Part shown: piece after piece, positions 8,277 through 11,083 of the stretch | How the letters are laid out: each line of letters starts with the position of its first letter | Numbering within the stretch: position 1 is the stretch's first letter | From: a virus | Strand: one strand, 5' to 3' | UHGV virus genome: UHGV-1793687 | Length of the DNA: 11,083 nucleotides | Position numbers and translations under genes: made by a program | Notes under the pieces: model-generated | Databases searched by the model: none | Told to the model about the DNA's origin: nothing | Seen by the model: the letters and a program-made list of their open reading frames with translations, nothing else

Positions 8277-8860
8277 GTTCCAAAAGCGGTGTAACAACGA
8301 GGGTGGATAACGCTAAGGCCATTCTGGATGCACTCAGGTCGCTAACCAAAAAGGATGTGCTGGTCGGCATTCCTGAAGAAGACAGCGAGCGTGAGGATGT
8401 TCCGTTTGGTAATGCCGGGATCGGCTATGTCAACGAATACGGCTCACCAGCGCAAAACATCCCCCCACGCCCGCACCTGATCCCCGGCGTTAAATCGGTA
8501 GAAGAACAGACAGTGCCGCAGCTCAAAGCAGCGGCGCAGGCTGCGCTTGATGGTAATGCGGCGGGTGCGGAAAGAGCGCTCAACCGCGCCGGAACGCTGG
8601 CCGCTAATGGCGTCAGGCGTTACATGACTATTACCGGCTTTACACCGCTTGCTGATAGCACCGTTGAAGCCCGCGCACGTCGAGGGCGCAAAGGGGCGAA
8701 AGCTGAGTTAGCACGCAGATCGGCAGACGGAAAGCTTAATGCTATCAACCCAGATTCTGGTCAATTGATAAGCAATGAGAATGTAAGGCCGTTGATTGAT
8801 ACCGGACAGTACCGCAGAGCCATTACCCATGTTGTGAGGGATAAAGATGCCGACTCTTGA
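8273..8860 (+). CDS. Hypothetical phage protein (possible HK97 gp10-like head-tail joining / neck protein)
   Basis: 195-aa ORF with ATGA start/stop overlap with the upstream gene. The C-terminal …[16 protein letters not shown]… is reminiscent of the gp10-family DTGxLRxSI motif. Function is inferred mainly from position. Confidence 0.6.
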   Translation: MSSKSGVTTRVDNAKAILDALRSLTKKDVLVGIPEEDSEREDVPFGNAGIGYVNEYGSPAQNIPPRPHLIPGVKSVEEQTVPQLKAAAQAALDGNAAGAERALNRAGTLAANGVRRYMTITGFTPLADSTVEARARRGRKGAKAELARRSADGKLNAINPDSGQLISNENVRPLIDTGQYRRAITHVVRDKDADS

Positions 8861-9236
8861 TGTAACAGACGTGCTTTTCGACCCCGATTTTTGCGACTTC
8901 AACCTGTGGGTAACGCGTCGCTCGCAAACGGTTGACGATGACGGGATCGGCAGTGACAGCGAAGTTAAAACGCAGTTTGCCGGGGTTGTTACTGTTGACC
9001 GCTCCCTGGAAAACCGCCGCATGCAGGCCGGGCAGGTTATCAGCGGCGCGATTCTTATCGTGACAACTGAGCGGCTGACGCAGGGGCAGACTGGCCGTGA
9101 TGCCGATATCGTGACGTATCAGAACCGTGATTATCGCGTGACATTCGTCGACCCGTATACGGCTTACGGTGCTGGCTTCGTCCAGGCTCATTGTGAATTA
9201 CTGCCGTTTGATGGGGGAACGCCCATTGAGCAATAA
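8847..9236 (+). CDS. Hypothetical phage protein (neck / tail-completion candidate)
   Basis: 129-aa ORF with ATG 8847, GAGGG upstream, and a 14-nt overlap with the upstream gene. No family recognised. Confidence 0.6.
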   Translation: MPTLDVTDVLFDPDFCDFNLWVTRRSQTVDDDGIGSDSEVKTQFAGVVTVDRSLENRRMQAGQVISGAILIVTTERLTQGQTGRDADIVTYQNRDYRVTFVDPYTAYGAGFVQAHCELLPFDGGTPIEQ

Positions 9237-9774
9237 CACCAGCACAGAGCGCGGCTGGCTGACACCCACCAGCGGCGATCCGGATTATGACGAATCGCTC
9301 GACAGGCTGTTAAGCCAGTGGATGCGCAACGTTTCCGGCTTGCCGGCTGGGATGGTTCGCCCGCGCTGGCAGAAAGACCAACCGCCATTGCTACCCATTG
9401 AAACGAACTGGTGCGCGTTTGGCGTTACCGGGTTGCTCATTGATAACAACCCTGCATTCACCGGGCAGACTGAAGAGGGCGCTCAGCTCTGGAGGCATGA
9501 AACGTTCGAGTGCATGGCGTCGTTCTATGGTCCGGCTGGTATGTCTTATGCGTCCCGTTTTCGCGATGGTATATCTGTCCCGCAAAACAATGCTGAGCTG
9601 AACGCGCTTGGTTTATCCCTTGGCGACTATACCGCTCTGACCCCTTTCCCCGAACTTATCAACCAGCAATGGGTTCGCCGTTACGACATGACGGTGCGAC
9701 TGCGCCGGAAGGTTGTCCGCGAGTATGGCATCAAATCGCTGGTGGAAGTGCCAGTCACCTTTTTTGGAGAATAA
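9211..9774 (+). CDS. Hypothetical phage protein (neck / tail-terminator candidate)
   Basis: The track ORF starts at 9169. ATG 9211 and TTG 9226 both overlap or abut the upstream stop at 9234-9236. It ends 3 nt before the sheath gene. No family recognised. Confidence 0.6.
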   Translation: MGERPLSNNTSTERGWLTPTSGDPDYDESLDRLLSQWMRNVSGLPAGMVRPRWQKDQPPLLPIETNWCAFGVTGLLIDNNPAFTGQTEEGAQLWRHETFECMASFYGPAGMSYASRFRDGISVPQNNAELNALGLSLGDYTALTPFPELINQQWVRRYDMTVRLRRKVVREYGIKSLVEVPVTFFGE

Positions 9775-9777
9775 ACT

Positions 9778-10938
9778 ATGACGCAGGGCTTACCTGTATC
9801 CAACGTTGTAAACGTTGATGTGATCATCTCGCCGAAAGCGGCTACTGGTCGTAACTTCGGCGCATTGCTAATCCTTGGCTCTTCCACTGTCATTCCGGTG
9901 ACAGAACGCATTCGCCTTTATGCGTCCGTTGAGGACATTGGCGAGGACTTCGGAGTCGACAGCCCGGAATATGAAGCGGCGCAGGTTTTCTTCAGCCAGT
10001 CGCCGAAGCCGACGCAGGTTTATGTTGGCCGCTGGGCGAAGACGCTGACCTCTTCCGAAGGTGGAAGCGTGGAAACCATCGTGCAAGCTGTTAATGCCTG
10101 CCTGCAATATACCAACTGGTATGGGCTGGTTGTCGCTGATGATGTTGCTGATGGCGGCGATGTGCTTGATGCTGATGACGTGATTGAGGTTGCTAAACTC
10201 ATCGAAGCGTCCAGCCTGAGCCGCATTTTCGGGGTAACATCTGCCGACGCCGATATTATCAGCACGACTTCGACGACCGATGTTGCGTCGAAATTAAAGG
10301 CTGGCAAGTATTCCCGTACCTTTGTTCAGTATTCCACCAGCAGCCCTTATGCGGCTGTTTCAGCTTTCGGTCGCGCGTTTACTGTCAATTTCAACGGCAG
10401 CAATACAACCATTACCCTGAAATTCAAACAGGAACCGAGCGTAACCTACGAAACGCTGACGGTAGGACAGGCGGCGGCTGTGGATGCGAAGAATGCGAAC
10501 GTGTTCGTGTACTACGCCAACGACACGGCGATCCTGCAACAGGGCGTCATGGCGAACGGTGACTTCTTCGACGAGCGCCACGGGCTCGACTGGTTGCAGA
10601 ACTACGTTCAGACCAATCTCTATAACCTGCTTTACACCAGCACCACCAAAATTCCGCAGACTGACGCCGGTGTGACCCGTCTGCTTTCCAACGTTGAACA
10701 GTCCATGGATCAGTCCGTCACGAACGGTCTGGTAGCGGCTGGCGTGTGGAATGGTGGCCCTATCGGACAGCTGAATTCCGGCGATACGCTGACCAAAGGC
10801 TATTACGTCTATGCACAGCCGCTGGTGCAACAGGCGCAGGCCGAACGCGAAGCGCGCAAAGCACCGTTAATTCAGGTGGCCTGTAAGCTGGCTGGCGCAG
10901 TTCATTATGCCGATGTGCAGATCAACGTGGTTCGCTAA
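9778..10938 (+). CDS. Tail sheath protein (DUF3383-like)
   Basis: 386-aa ORF with GGAGA upstream, immediately followed by a gene whose N-terminus matches the DUF3277 tail-tube family. The sheath-then-tube order is the canonical contractile-tail arrangement. The family call is from memory. Confidence 0.7.
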   Translation: MTQGLPVSNVVNVDVIISPKAATGRNFGALLILGSSTVIPVTERIRLYASVEDIGEDFGVDSPEYEAAQVFFSQSPKPTQVYVGRWAKTLTSSEGGSVETIVQAVNACLQYTNWYGLVVADDVADGGDVLDADDVIEVAKLIEASSLSRIFGVTSADADIISTTSTTDVASKLKAGKYSRTFVQYSTSSPYAAVSAFGRAFTVNFNGSNTTITLKFKQEPSVTYETLTVGQAAAVDAKNANVFVYYANDTAILQQGVMANGDFFDERHGLDWLQNYVQTNLYNLLYTSTTKIPQTDAGVTRLLSNVEQSMDQSVTNGLVAAGVWNGGPIGQLNSGDTLTKGYYVYAQPLVQQAQAEREARKAPLIQVACKLAGAVHYADVQINVVR

Positions 10939-10948
10939 GGAGCGATAA

Positions 10949-11083
10949 ATGGCAACTTATTCTTTTCTCGATGTAACCGCGTCGCTCACCGGGCCGACCG
11001 GCGTTATCGATCTTGGTCAGGGTTCTGCCAACTCTGAGGAAGGTATCACCCAGACCATGGGCGGCAACAAGAACACCATGACC
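10949..11083 (+). CDS. Tail tube protein (DUF3277-like), 5' partial; continues beyond the window
   Basis: ATG 10949 with AAGGAG 7-8 nt upstream. N-terminus MATYSFLDVTASLTGPTGVIDLGQGSANSEEGITQTMGGNKNTMT matches the conserved start of DUF3277 tube proteins as I remember them. The ORF is still open at the window end. Confidence 0.7.
   Translation, partial: MATYSFLDVTASLTGPTGVIDLGQGSANSEEGITQTMGGNKNTMT

Noticed and set aside
10360-10830. 156-aa minus-strand ORF antisense to the tail sheath gene
   Set aside because: It is nested within the sheath CDS with no independent expression signals. The + strand gene has a strong RBS and operon context.
9778-11083. Sheath and tube genes as part of a tailocin or contractile injection system rather than a phage
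   Set aside because: They are contiguous with terminase, portal and capsid genes in one operon, which points to a complete virion cassette rather than a headless tail-like particle.
1-11083. Search for CRISPR arrays, tRNAs, integrase or transposase, and defence or anti-defence cargo
   Set aside because: I saw no short regularly spaced repeats, tRNA-like cloverleaf candidates or recombinase-like ORFs. The only non-coding stretches longer than 15 nt are 1-111 and 7578-7618, leaving no room for inserted cargo genes.

Overview
This window reads as one co-directional (+ strand) late operon of a tailed phage or prophage, covering DNA packaging, head, neck and proximal contractile-tail genes. In order: an HNH endonuclease, terminase small and large subunits, a portal, a Mu-F-like head morphogenesis protein, a scaffold/protease-like protein with an acidic repeat tail, a small structural protein, the major capsid protein, five small proteins of unclear function (likely neck/connector), a tail sheath and the start of a tail tube. 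Genes are tightly packed, often with overlapping stop/start codons, and I see no convincing minus-strand genes, tRNAs, CRISPR arrays or defence-type cargo. All family assignments are from recognising motifs by eye in the translations and from gene order; no database search was run. The most notable points are the HNH–terminase pairing in a lower-GC 5' segment, a repeat-containing acidic domain in the scaffold-like protein, a GC-rich GAAA-tetraloop hairpin right after the capsid gene, and a poorly characterised DUF-type structural cassette. I did not find evidence of a novel non-structural system here.
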